Below, piece by piece: positions 24,390-36,935 of a stretch of 56,402 nt of DNA. Origin of the DNA: Octopus bimaculoides (Eukaryota); contig NC_068983.1 in NCBI RefSeq assembly GCF_001194135.2, positions 138,667,429 through 138,723,830 of the forward strand, written 5' to 3'. Made by a program: the position numbers and the translations under genes. The notes under the pieces were generated by a model. The model made no database searches. It saw only the letters and a list, made by a program, of their open reading frames with translations, and was not told the DNA's origin. How positions within the stretch are numbered: position 1 is the first letter of the stretch; every line of letters begins with the position of its first letter.

Positions 24390-25087
24390 CTTATTATATC
24401 CGTTTCTTTTGCCGAACTGCTAGTTTACTGGAACATAAACACAATAACTCCGGTTGTCGAGCGGTGATAGGGGACAAACAGTGACACAGTCACGCACATA
24501 GAAATACACACACCCTCATATATATATATATATATATATATAAGTGAGAAAGTATTTTACTTTTCGAGCCTACGGCTCTTCAACGGAAAGGAAGACAGAA
24601 ATAAACGAGAGAAAATAGAAAGAGGTTTAGTGGCTAGCGATCTATCACGGCGAATGCCGGACAGAAGGGTCATACACCGAGTGCTAGGAAGAAGGGGAGA
24701 TAATAAATTGGGGGAAATCCCAAAACGAAGGTGCGTGTACGTGTGTATGTGAGAGCGTGTATGTGCGTGTGGAAGGGGACTGATGTTATGTGGTGTTGTG
24801 TGGTATGGTGGTGTGTGGTGTAGTGGTGCGTTGTGTGGTGGTGTGGTGTGTTGGTGTGTGGTGTGCTGGTGTGTGGTGTGGGGGATATATATATACACCC
24901 CCCCACATATATATATATATATATATATATATACGACAGGTTTCTTTCATTTTCCTCCAACCAGATTCACTCACAAGGCTTTGGTGGGCCCGAGACTATA
25001 GTAGATGACACTCGTCCAAGGTGCCACGCAGTGGGACTGAACTTGGAACCACGGGGTTGGGCAGCAAGCTTCTTACAACACAGCTGT
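24390..25087 (-). mobile_element. tRNA-derived SINE, family B, with an expanded central microsatellite/insertion
   Basis: Head 24933-25087 is the reverse complement of the 25502-25652 head; tail 24390-24480 matches the 25700-25785 tail; 24480-24930 is simple repeats plus a unique insert. Confidence 0.8.
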
Positions 25088-25309
25088 GGCGGTTACTAAA
25101 TTACATGTCACTCCTATGGAAGTATTTGAAAGCCCTTGTGTGGAGGTACGAATAGATTAGGGCTGGATTTGCATACTGTTAAGCAACTGTTCTTTAGCTG
25201 TGAAAATATGGAATATTTTCTGTACGCATAAAATGCATTATTTTCCTTCGATTACATAAGGTTCTGCTGCACCTTTTCTTCCCATTCCATTCTAAATTTA
25301 GCGTTCCCT

Positions 25310-25488
25310 CCGTTCTCTCTCTCTCTCTCTCACTCACTCTCTTAATCTCTCTCTCTCTCACTCTCTCTCACTCTCTCTCACTCTCTCTCTCTCTCTATGT
25401 ATGTATGTATGTATGTATGTATGTATGTATGTATGTACGTATGTATTTATGTATGCCTGTATGTATGCATGTATGTATGTATGTATGT
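25310..25488. repeat. (CT)n plus (TATG)n microsatellite
   Basis: Direct reading. Confidence 0.95.
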
Positions 25489-25785
25489 AGGCGTAGGAGT
25501 GGCTGTGTGGTAAGTAGCTTGCTTACGAACCACATGGTTCCGGGTTCAGTCCCACTGCGTGGCACCTTGGCCGAGTGTTTTTTACTATAGCCTTGGGCCG
25601 ACCAGAGCCTTGTGAGTGGATTTGGTAGACGGAAACTGGAAGAAGCCCGTCGTATATATGTAAATATATATGTATGCGGGTGTATATGTTTGTGTGCCTG
25701 TGTTTGTCCCCCCGCCCCCGAACATCGCTTGCCAACCGATGCTGGTGTGTTTACGTCTCCGTTACTTAGCGGTTCGGCAAAAGAT
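25489..25785 (+). mobile_element. tRNA-derived SINE, family B
   Basis: GGCGTAGGAGTGGCTGTGTGGTAAG...CCGGGTTCAGTCCCACTGCGTGGCACCTTGG; short central TA/TG tract; tail ...CTTAGCGGTTCGGCAAAAG runs into the gap. Confidence 0.88.
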
Positions 25786-26029
25786 NNNNNNNNNNNNNNN
25801 NNNNNNNNNNNNNNNNNNNNNNNNNNNNNNNNNNNNNNNNNNNNNNNNNNNNNNNNNNNNNNNNNNNNNNNNNNNNNNNNNNNNNNNNNNNNNNNNNNNN
25901 NNNNNNNNNNNNNNNNNNNNNNNNNNNNNNNNNNNNNNNNNNNNNNNNNNNNNNNNNNNNNNNNNNNNNNNNNNNNNNNNNNNNNNNNNNNNNNNTATAT
26001 ATATATATACAAGGGACTTATTTCAGTTC

Positions 26030-26170
26030 TTGTCTACCGAATCCATCCAGAACGTTCTGGTCACACCGTGGCTATAGCTAAAATTACTCTCACAAGTTGT
26101 CACGTTGTAGCATTGAACCCAGAAGCATGTAGTTGGGAAACAATCTTCGTACTCCATAACGACTCCTGCA
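26030..26170 (-). mobile_element. Degenerate family B SINE head
   Basis: GTCTACCGAATCC...CTATAG...CACG...TGAACCCAGAAGCATGT is recognisably the reverse complement of the 25489 copy. Confidence 0.6.
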
Positions 26171-28790
26171 CACCAATTCACTCAATCAGTGATATGTGCC
26201 TGAATTCCGTGCACTAAGGGAGTTCATTGTATGGCAGGTTTAATGTATAGTGAGACGGAATGTCCTATCGAAGACTGCATAGTATATACGCCGAGATTTT
26301 ATCAGTTTCCAGCTTACATACAAGCACTCCTGTATGTGTTTGTGAGTGTGTATATATACAGATATTATGTTAGAGAGAAACTTAATGCCTGTGATACACA
26401 TAACATGATATATATATGTGAACATGCGTGTACGTATCTATATATACATACATGTACATGTATGAATATATGTATTAACATACGAGCATGCACACACATA
26501 TTGGGTATATAACTGTATGAATCAAACATAATATCTTCGATAAATATATATATATATGTTTTTAGACCTGGCGTTTAATGGAAAGTCATTAATTTTAAAC
26601 AGGATAAAAGTAGTGAACAAATTTATTAGAAAAGGATTTCTTCCTTCAGTATGCCACTCTTGGTTTCTGATGTCTCCCTTTTCAGCTTTGAGTTTTCAAG
26701 CATTTCCCGATATGTTTTACTGAAGAAGCATTTTCATCTGAATCATTACATGAAAAAGAACTGTCGCGTTGGAATTCTCCATGTAACTGTATTTACAGAC
26801 GATATGCAGTATCAAAATTTTTTGAAAATTGAAATGTATTATCCATAAACGAACATAAATATTCAAAACAGAAATTTCGATTTCCATCTACTTAATCGAA
26901 GGAAACGAACGAAATTGAATGCAGTTTGTTATAGAAATCCTAAGTAGTTTATTCAGCTGTTCAGAAAAACAAACATCTGGTTCAACAAGAAAAGTTACTG
27001 TTATTACACGGGGAAAATGCTACCTGTCTGAATCCCTCAAAATTACTATATTTCAAAATACAAGCAAACAAAGTATTTCCAAGTACACTGCTTTAAGCTA
27101 TGAGTCTAGTATAAACAACGAATATAAATCGCTGAAAGATCAATAATTATTTGTGACGTCCAACTAAAAACACTCGAAAAAAGGTTTAGTGTCATTTGTA
27201 ACCTGATGTCATAAAATTGTCAGTTTGAGTTGTTCTTTTACAACACATCTTAGAATTGTTTTATGTAATTTGGATTTCACAAAATGCTATTTGACATCAA
27301 ATAATCTGTATTTATAATCATAATATTTAATAAATTTGAAAATTTACAAGTTCCTGCGTCAGAAAATTATTTTAAATATGATCAAAAATACATTGATACG
27401 ACAAATTAATATGCTGTCACAAATATTTTTGATATTTAGGAAAAATAATTTAATTGCCAATGGCATATACTTCCATGTGCAGAGGATGTAAAAACAGCTG
27501 AGTTACCCTAATAACTGAACATCTAATATAGAAAATTGCTAGAGGCATTCATTAAGAAAATATTAACTTTTCAAATCAATTGACAGGTTTTTACGGCGCA
27601 AAAAAAAAAAAAAGAAAAAAATCTTTAGTACAATTTCTCTACATTCGATAAAATTGGGTTCCCATTTTCATGCCGTAATTTTATCCGTGTAACATTCATT
27701 TTGCATACCAACACAGTAACGACAATACGAATACGTTATTCAATATAAATATACTTAAAAACGGGTACTAGATGTAATCGAATATTATATATCGGAATTC
27801 TTTCACGTCTGGTAATACCATTAAACAGTATAAAGAAAATATGCAAGAATAAATAAGCAGGGATATGGCGATATATTACACGAGTATCTGTACTCTGCCC
27901 TGAAACCTATTAATCATATAATATCACTGTTTGATAGTAAAGTTTACTCTATCGCATTTATTTATTACCAAATGGATCAGCCTCACATGAGTTAAATCCT
28001 TTATCCACGGATGCAGCTTTGCGCCAATAATGAAGCAGGTGTTGTTTATTCTTGCTTTCTAATCTATTAGCTCGCAATGCAATCTTTGCTACTAGATAGT
28101 ATTTAGAAGTCTTACAAAGAGTTTTGCGAAACGCGAATATTGAAATCTTAGTAAAAAGAGAAAGCAACAGACAAGCCACATAGTTGTGCTTTTCTAATAG
28201 TATGTCCGTCATATCTTTACTTATAAACTTATTAATATACTGAAAAGGTTTTTAAAGTCCCAGAATGAATATCCCACCCACACAGATACGAACACAGTCA
28301 TACATCTAGACTACAACCACAAGCATAAACTCGCAACACATGCACACACACACATATATTGTTTTTTTATATTATTATGGAAAGTTGTAGTGTATGGTAA
28401 AGGACGAGCTGGCATGTTAATAAGGAAAAATATCTGACAGATTTTTTTCTTTTTACAATAAATCAATAACCATATTCGAGATCATGACAAGTGGTGTTCT
28501 TTTTAAAACTTTTACAAAATATTGCCGTCGTTTTCGCAATTTGCTAAGAATTTCATCCACAAGCCTTTGATCTGGGTAGCATATTTTGGGAAACATTCTA
28601 TTTATTGATAATATAATCGGTAAAATATACGAGAAAATATATTAATCGTAGCCACGTTCTTGGGAAATGAAATGCGCTCAGTTGCGATCTCGGAAAAATC
28701 GAAAGTATAAGCTAAATGCGAATGATTTATTGTTAGAAATGGGAAACCTATGGCATTCTCCTCACATAACATAGTTCCTGCATGCAAATC

Positions 28791-28844
<54 letters not shown>

Positions 28845-29689
28845 CCATGTTACATGCATAGATATTTTAAAGCGATTTTAAAAGAGAATGATTTGATGCT
28901 GTTTACAAATCCATATGCATTATAATACGTATAAGAAATTAGCTGATGAGGATTACTGCCTTTTTAAAAGTTGCCTTATTTCATACGATCCTCATAATAT
29001 TCAGTTCAACCTGATATGGACTGTACCGGCGTTTTAGAGTGAGATAAGTTGCATTGTAACTATCTCATCGTGATGAAAATGTCCTTATATTCGAAAAGAC
29101 AATATTAAAAAGAAATTTATAGTGGCACATAACACAATTTAGTAAATATTTTACTCACAGCTATTGTATAATGATGTTTTTCACATATATTAATAAGCAA
29201 TACAGAATATCTAAATATTGTTCAATAAGAGTAAAATAATTTTGATAAAGCAGAAATTTGAACTCGTTAATTTTCAGACGTACACGCACATTTCGCGTTT
29301 CAAACTTGATAGTGACATTCTATAAGAGAAATGCAACAACAACTAATAGAAATTCAGATATGAAGTCCTCTTCTAATCATTTGAACGAAATATACTAAAA
29401 TAAAGACAAACTTCAATACTTACTCAGAAAGAAAATAATATATATTAATTCATACGCATCGATAAAAGGCTTAACTCGAAAATATGGAAAAATAATAATT
29501 AATAATAATATGAAGGACTGATAAGTTTAATTCACATTTACGGATGAAGATAAATATATAAGAATATTAACAATCTATTGAATAATAACAAATGCTAATT
29601 ATGGGAAAATACGTCCATTAAACACTGCTTTAGAAATTAATTAATGCAGCAATCTCACAAATAGAAAATATTCCATTCTGCCACAAAAA

Positions 29690-30000
29690 AGAACGCCCAA
29701 TCTAGCTTACATCAACGAAAATATAAAAATCCACAAAAATATGGATTCTTTCGTCTTATAATTCCCAAATAACTTCACCTACGCTCGCTTTTCAAATAAT
29801 TGGATGATATTTTGAAGCATTTCACATTCTAGAGATATATTTTACAATCATTATGTGTCTTTTGGAGGCTTTTAAATGATAATGTCCGAGGAAAATACAT
29901 AGACACACTGGAAGTTGAAAGCATTTTCACTAATATTGCTATCAAGAAAACAATTGCATTAATTGGGGTAAAAGTCTACAAACGTCCGAGTTTCATAATC
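29690..30000 (+). mobile_element. Ancient Penelope-type reverse transcriptase fragment
   Basis: With frameshifts: KIHK..RLIIPQITSPT..LDDILK..YILQS..GKYIDTLEVESIFTNIAIKKTI, resembling PLE RT KIHK..PLRPIIS.I.SPTY..LDVESLFTNIP. Confidence 0.55.
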
Positions 30001-30346
30001 AATTTCACCAACTATCACAACAAAAATTCGTTCTATTATTCACGGTGTATTTTATGCATTCAACAGAATAGAGAGGCAACAGATTTTCTGTCGTTGACAT
30101 ACGGTGTTAGAATACCAAAGCAATCGAAATCAAAACGCAAAATATCAAATGGGAGTATTACATACCAATAATGAGTGGCAAATAAGGAAAATGTCGACTG
30201 ATGAAATATGTCCAAAACATTAATTAAAATTACAGTTATATATCTCCAGTTTGGTGTGAAAAAGAAACAGATGAAGCAGCATAGACATTGCAGCTATATA
30301 TAATATCTGCCACATTTTTCTTTCATTCTATCTTATATGCTTCCAT

Positions 30347-30730
30347 GTGGAGGCGCAATGGCCCAGTGGTTAGGGCAGCGGACTCGCGGTCATAGGATCG
30401 CGGTTTCGATTCCCAGACCGGGCGTTGTAAGTGTTTATTGAGCGAAAACACCTAAAGCTCCACGATACTCCGGCAGGGGATGATGGCGAACCCTGCTGTA
30501 CTCTTTCGCCAGAACTTTCTCTCACTCTTACTTCCTGTTTCTGTTGTACCTGTAATTCAAAGGGTCAGCCTTGTCACACTGTGTCACGCTGAATATCCCC
30601 GAGAACTATGTTAAGGGTACACGTGTCTGTGGAGTGCTCAGCCACTTGCACGTTAATTTCACGCACAGGCTGTTCCGTTGATCGGATCAACTGGAACCCT
30701 CGACGCCGTAAGCGACGGAGTGCCAACAAC
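30347..30730 (+). mobile_element. tRNA-derived SINE, family A, full length with a 12-bp target-site duplication
   Basis: Same sequence family as 17729-18116; flanked by ATATGCTTCCAT at 30335-30346 and 30731-30742. Confidence 0.95.
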
Positions 30731-31019
30731 ATATGCTTCCATATGTAGTAAGATCTTTCAGATTTCTCTTCTTTATACACTCACTTATTCCTTCTTGAAA
30801 ACTCAGTTATAGTGCAACAATTATCCATACAAATAGCTCGATTTACGAAAAGGTCATTAATTCAGAAACATTAAATATAGGACTTGAAAATCAACCTTAA
30901 TTACAAACCGATGACGGCACCTAAGCCTAAAGTCCATAATCGCAGTCAAAAGTTTACTGATTGCATGTACAGTTGTATTTGTGAGGTGAGTAATATACAG
31001 ACTATCTTTAGAGCATCGT

Positions 31020-31640
31020 GTGTTCGGCTATATTGTTTTGTTTTGTTTTCATTAATTTTAATTTTTTATTTTTCACCAATACTTTTAAGAAATCCGTCAG
31101 TAATTATTCTCCCTCATTCCTCATCTGTTCTTGCCAACCTTTTACTAGCTTGTCAATTCACTAAGGGTTGACTCGAAAAATTCGTCAATCCATGTTTTCG
31201 AGCAAAACTACCTTGCAGACTGTCGGAGAGTGATCTGAAAAGGTAATAATCTGAAGACACTATATGAGGAGAATACGGCGTATGTAGTGGAACTGCCTAT
31301 CGAGCTCTTAAATAGCATTCGTGGTCAAATTAGCGACGTAGTGGTAAGTTTTAGTATTGAAGAAGTCACTGCCATGTCACTGGTCGAGTCATTTCAGCTG
31401 GATTGCCTCTTTTAGTCGGTGCATTTTCTAAACGTGTATTCTAATATTCCCTCCTTGAAGCGCAAAAAATCCAGTTTTGAGCAGTTCCTTCGGGGATAGT
31501 ACTTTCTATGTATTCAGTACTAATACCTCGAGCGGCATAGGCAGCTTTGGAACTTCCAAAAGCGAAGAGAAGCCGGTGTCGAAAGTGCTAGCTGTATATT
31601 TGGATACACTATTTTCATTTGTCTGAAAAGAGTTAAAATT
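31020..31640 (-). mobile_element. Internally deleted mariner (DD34D-type) remnant
   Basis: Minus strand: N-terminal HFRHRLLFAFGSSKAAYAARGI..EGTAQNW..RFKEG (mariner HTH); C-terminal PHIVSSDYYLFRSL, TWIDEFFES, LVKGWQEQMRNEGE. The central DDD region is largely missing. Confidence 0.7.
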
Positions 31641-32147
31641 CATACAAATTTAAAAAAAAAACGATAAACAAACGTTTTAGAAAAATATATAGCGGCGACC
31701 CGAAAATAGAAACACTATCATAAAAATATTTTTGGAATTAATTCAAACATCATTGGAAAAGATGAACGAATGTATCAGACACAGAGTCCTACAGAAAATA
31801 TATACACATTTCAGAGAAAAAGGAAAAGAAAAGTCTGTAGAAATATTTTACTAATAAACAGACACATATCACAACATTAATACAAGTCACCTTTAATATA
31901 TTTTGCTTTTTCTAAACCTTTTTTAACGTGGTTGACTTGAGAATAAAACTGAATTTTAATGAAATATTTTCAAACGGATTTCATCTTCAACTTACCACAA
32001 TTTTTACTGTTGGCAAGGTGTGATATTGAAAAATTTAGGTTGACTTTATTAATTCCTGACGTATGAAATAGTCAGTGTACGTTATTTTGAAATAATAAAA
32101 AAAACTTTCTGATTACTTTTTGGTACTATTGTGAACAACTGTAACAA

Positions 32148-33167
32148 ATGGCGTGTTACAGCTTTTGTTTCAGGAACGTAAGACCATTTTAAGGTGGTAC
32201 TTCTAATTTGAGAAAATCGTTGAGTTTCAACGACAATTGAGGCGTGAGTTTGGAACAGACATCCAACACGCCTGACAATTTATCCGATTCGTGATATCTG
32301 TGTATGGTACAGTGGGTGATGTGAAGAATAGAAACTCTGGCAGACTTCGTACACTAACAACAAGTGCTGCTTCCTCGACTATGGTGTTGGAACATTTCCC
32401 ATAATCTCTTACAGAAGTGCACGTGAAACAAAATATGCTGTACAAGCAGAGGACGGACGGGTTCCTAAAATACCTAAGTGGAAAGTTTACATCTAAAGTT
32501 AATATGCAATTAGCGATGCCAATCCACACCGAAGGATTGAGCTTTGTTAGTGGTTTCAACACATGGTCGGTGTAGGTGAAGAGACTGTGGGCACGAATGT
32601 TTGCTCTGGTGAAGCACAATTTAATCTAAATGGAATAATGAACCGACATATGTGTGTTTACTGGGTACCAGAAAGTCTTTGCTTGCACGTGGAAAAGCGT
32701 GTAAATTTACCGTGGGTCAATGACTGATGATGATGAGTCTCATCAAGTGGTTTAATAGGACCAGTTTTTCTGGTCAAGCGTAAATAGACATGCTATGCAC
32801 GTCCATTTATCTGCCATACAGGTACTTTATAGAAACGATTTTGTTCTTTCATTAAGACGGAGCACCGACTCGATACTGCAAGCTTACCTTATAAGAAGTT
32901 TCCACAGAGACTGGATAGAACGAAGAGGTACCGCTGAGTTCCCCGTACGTTCTCTTGATTTAGCAGCTGCAGACTTTATTCATGGTTAACCCTAAAAAAT
33001 GTCGTATATCGTAAAAAGCACTTATATTGACAGAACTTCGTGAAGAAATTGTAGCGACATGTACAGAAATCCCATTTGATACTTTTGTCAACGTTGCCCG
33101 AGCAGCAGTTCGGCTTATTAATAAACGTCTTGAAGCAAATGGCTGGCAATTTGAGCTCGTCTTGTAA
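32148..33167 (+). mobile_element. Decayed Tc1/mariner transposase of the DD41D (rosa/Visitor-like) type, near full coding length
   Basis: With stops and frameshifts: ERKTILRWYF.FE..VEFQRQLRREFG, NSGRLRT, WKVY, SGEAQFNLNG.MNRH.CVYW, DGAP, WIERRGTAEFPVRSLDLAAADF, ELREEI...C..IP, NGWQFE. TIRs not recognised. Confidence 0.82.
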
Positions 33168-33289
33168 TTGTGGAGATTAAAGGTAACATGTATTAATACT
33201 GTGGCGTCTGAATAAGTTTAATATTATAATACATCTACACATTAACCTTTTCTTGAAATGAATGTGTATGCTTTTGTTGGTAGGAATTT

Positions 33290-33401
33290 GTACACACGAA
33301 CACACACACACACACACACACAGAAACACACACACAGGTACACACGCACACACACATACACATACACACACTCACACACACACATAAACACACACACACA
33401 C

Positions 33402-33446
<45 letters not shown>
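33290..33446. repeat. (CA)n microsatellite
   Basis: Direct reading; runs into a gap. Confidence 0.97.
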
Positions 33447-34449
33447 NNNNNNNNNNNNNNNNNNNNNNNNNNNNNNNNNNNNNNNNNNNNNNNNNNNNNN
33501 NNNNNNNNNNNNNNNNNNNNNNNNNNNNNNNNNNNNNNNNNNNNNNNNNNNNNNNNNNNNNNNNNNNNNNNNNNNNNNNNNNNNNNNNNNNNNNNNNNNN
33601 NNNNNNNNNNNNNNNNNNNNNNNNNNNNNNNNNNNNNNNNNNNNNNNNNNNNNNNNNNNNNNNNNNNNNNNNNNNNNNNNNNNNNNNNNNNNNNNNNNNN
33701 NNNNNNNNNNNNNNNNNNNNNNNNNNNNNNNNNNNNNNNNNNNNNNNNNNNNNNNNNNNNNNNNNNNNNNNNNNNNNNNNNNNNNNNNNNNNNNNNNNNN
33801 NNNNNNNNNNNNNNNNNNNNNNNNNNNNNNNNNNNNNNNNNNNNNNNNNNNNNNNNNNNNNNNNNNNNNNNNNNNNNNNNNNNNNNNNNNNNNNNNNNNN
33901 NNNNNNNNNNNNNNNNNNNNNNNNNNNNNNNNNNNNNNNNNNNNNNNNNNNNNNNNNNNNNNNNNNNNNNNNNNNNNNNNNNNNNNNNNNNNNNNNNNNN
34001 NNNNNNNNNNNNNNNNNNNNNNNNNNNNNNNNNNNNNNNNNNNNNNNNNNNNNNNNNNNNNNNNNNNNNNNNNNNNNNNNNNNNNNNNNNNNNNNNNNNN
34101 NNNNNNNNNNNNNNNNNNNNNNNNNNNNNNNNNNNNNNNNNNNNNNNNNNNNNNNNNNNNNNNNNNNNNNNNNNNNNNNNNNNNNNNNNNNNNNNNNNNN
34201 NNNNNNNNNNNNNNNNNNNNNNNNNNNNNNNNNNNNNNNNNNNNNNNNNNNNNNNNNNNNAAGAGAAACATCAATTTAAGCGAAACATATTAAGCAACAC
34301 TAATAATAAATCAAAAACGTAAAATTAAACAAGCTTTTGACGATAGATATTTCAAAATTATGATGCTATGATGCTAGGTGTTTCAATTTATTTTCTCCAA
34401 CTCCTGTATGTATGTTTGTGTGTGTGTATATGTGTGTGTGTCTGTGTGT

Positions 34450-34690
34450 GAAGGCGCATAACCTTCTAGTTAGTGTGTTGCACGCCAGATCGTGGGTTAG
34501 ATTCCCGGGCTGAGCGGTGCGTTGAGCAGAACATTTCATCTCACGTTGTCCTGCGATCACTTCTACATTTGAGGTAAAAAGCACTATACACATGTGCAGG
34601 GAGTGTCAATTTGATGGATGGAGCGAGCTAAAGTGCATCAAAAATATTTGATCACCATAGAGAAGTCATCTGTGCAAATTGATCGGTAAG
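34450..34690 (+). mobile_element. Degenerate tRNA-derived SINE (head similar to family A)
   Basis: GAAGGCGCAT...TAGTTAGTGTG...GGGTTAGATTCCCGGGCTGAGCGG resembles the family A head with decayed A and B boxes. Confidence 0.55.
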
Positions 34691-35004
34691 AATATATATG
34701 TATATATCTGTGTGCGGTGTGTGCGTGTATGTGTCTGTGTGTGTGTGTGTGCGCGTATGCGTATGTGTAGACATATTTATGTATGTAAATTTCAATTGCA
34801 TGTTTTAGAGATCAAGGATTCAGCTTATTTTTGAGACAATAAATGTTCAAGTTGATGTGAATCTTGAATGTAAATTAGTTAAATACAATACCAGCCAACA
34901 ACTTAATAGGAAATGGAAAAAGTAGATTTTGTTTGTAATTTAATCACAAATTTAATCATTCATTACTCGATCTGTGAAGCTTCAACTATTACTTACATGC
35001 AACT

Positions 35005-35060
<56 letters not shown>

Positions 35061-36167
35061 TGTTTAATTAATATACAATTCATGAAATTAATTACTTCTT
35101 CAACCTGGCTTATATTCTCTTACTTCCTCTTCAAAAATATCTTTCTACGCAGTAACTTTTATGAAACAGTTTACTTTTTCAATTGCAATTTATGTTGTCT
35201 GACATCTTCAATTTTATTACGTAAAATATTCTCAACAGGTGTTGATTCATCTGCCCGATCAGATATGTTTTGGGTTTTAATGTTATATATTATAAATCAT
35301 ATTTCAAAATGTTTGCCAGTGTTAGCAGAGAAGGAAACAGACAACACACATCATCATATGCCAAACTGACAGCTCAGACGATTATTTCATAGTGAAAAGC
35401 AAGAAAGCTATTATGTCGTATGTCTGCTAGTTTTGCTTTTTATTTCTGTTTCTTTTGCTTTCTATTATGACATTTCAACCTCAATTCGCTGTTATTTATG
35501 TGGAATAAAATTTATCTGTTTTAATAAAAGGACAGGAAGAGAGGCTATACTGGTGGCTGTTGAGAAGCTTGAGTAGTTATTATCTAAATGTTCCACTGGT
35601 GTGCGTATGACAATGTTATTTATATATTTTGCAAACATGTTTACACACACACACACGCACACACACACCCCCACACGCACACACACACACACACACACAA
35701 ATACACAGATTGCATACGATACATGTAGGAAGTCGGTGTCACCGCCTTGTAAAATGTGTTACACATACCACGGGGCAGAATTCCTGTTGAACCTACACCA
35801 CGACCGGTGAAAGAGTGGCAGTCTCAGAATCTCTTGTCAATACGTGTGATGTTCCAGTTAAAAACAATCTTTTGTAACTCTTGCATGGATAGTAACCCAG
35901 GGATCGTTTTCAACTAACTTTCACTTCCTTTTTTTAATCAATGTAAGTACTCCTACAATCATTGATATTATAACCGTCTTGAGATACCACATTTTTTCAA
36001 TTTCCCTGACCAAATCTTTATATTCACTGAATTGACCAAATTCTTTTGCCGAGATATATTATGAGTACAAGGAATACTCATGTCGATCAATAAACAAACT
36101 TTATTGTTGTGGTCTTTCACAACAACATACGGTTTATTAGCTTTGACGGTTCTGTTTGTATGTACTA

Positions 36168-36272
36168 TCTTCTTCTTCTTCTTCTTCTTCTTCTTCTTCT
36201 TCTTCTTCTTCTTCTTCTTCTTCTTCTTCTTCTTCTTCTTCTTCTTCTTCTTCTTCTTCTTCTTCTTCTTCT
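36168..36272. repeat. (CTT)n microsatellite
   Basis: About 34 perfect units. Confidence 0.97.
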
Positions 36273-36361
36273 TTTCGAGACACCATCTCTAGAAAGACTG
36301 TCAACGAAAACTAAAGAGCTGTTACTACTCATGAGTTGGGACTATTCCCATTCTGAATGTT

Positions 36362-36807
36362 ACCCTTAGGGTTTAGCCGCATTTAAGTGGCAAATATACT
36401 TCACGTTGTCGTGCAGTTACTGTTTATACCTCGTTCAGAGATTTAACATTGCTTGTTTACACTTTTTCGAGATCAGTAAATTTTCGTTACTGGAAAAAGT
36501 ATATATATATTTGCATTGGGAGCCCTTCGCATCGAAGATCGGTGATTGTCGTACGCTGACGAAGGGTAAAATCTCAGAAACCCGGGTCCGTGCGTATCAT
36601 GTCAGATCGACGATGGGAAGGATGACTTCCCTTTGCAAATACTGACAGGGCACAGAAAGTGTGTCAATATGCAGCTGGAGGAGATGTTCTCCTGGGGATA
36701 AAAGCAACAGTAACATTCACCCTTAGGGTTTAGCCGCATTTAAGTGGCAAATATACTTCACGTTGTCGCGCAGTTACTGTTTATACCTCGTTCAGGGATT
36801 TAACATT
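36362..36807 (+). mobile_element. 357-bp unit bounded by 89-bp direct repeats and containing a hammerhead (retrozyme/Penelope-LTR-like)
   Basis: ACCCTTAGGGTTTAGCCGCATTTAAGTGGC...GATTTAACATT at 36362-36450 and 36719-36807 (2 mismatches). Confidence 0.8.
36508..36641 (+). ncRNA. Type-I hammerhead ribozyme capping a rod-like stem of about 130 nt (stem II decayed)
   Basis: CGTACG 36550-36555/CGTGCG 36589-36594; CTGACGA 36556-36562; GAAA 36577-36580; palindrome ACCCGGGT; GUC triplet. Outer pairings TGAT/ATCA, GATC/GATC, CATCG/CGATG, CCTTC/GAAGG, GGGA/TCCC, TATTTGCA/TGCAAATA. Confidence 0.8.
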
Positions 36808-36827
36808 ATTATTAGTATATTTCATTG

Positions 36828-36828
36828 C

Positions 36829-36918
<90 letters not shown>

Positions 36919-36935
36919 CATTACTTTTATTATTA
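36828..36935. repeat. (TTA/TAA)n microsatellite at the 3' end of a Dong-like element
   Basis: Direct reading. Confidence 0.97.
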
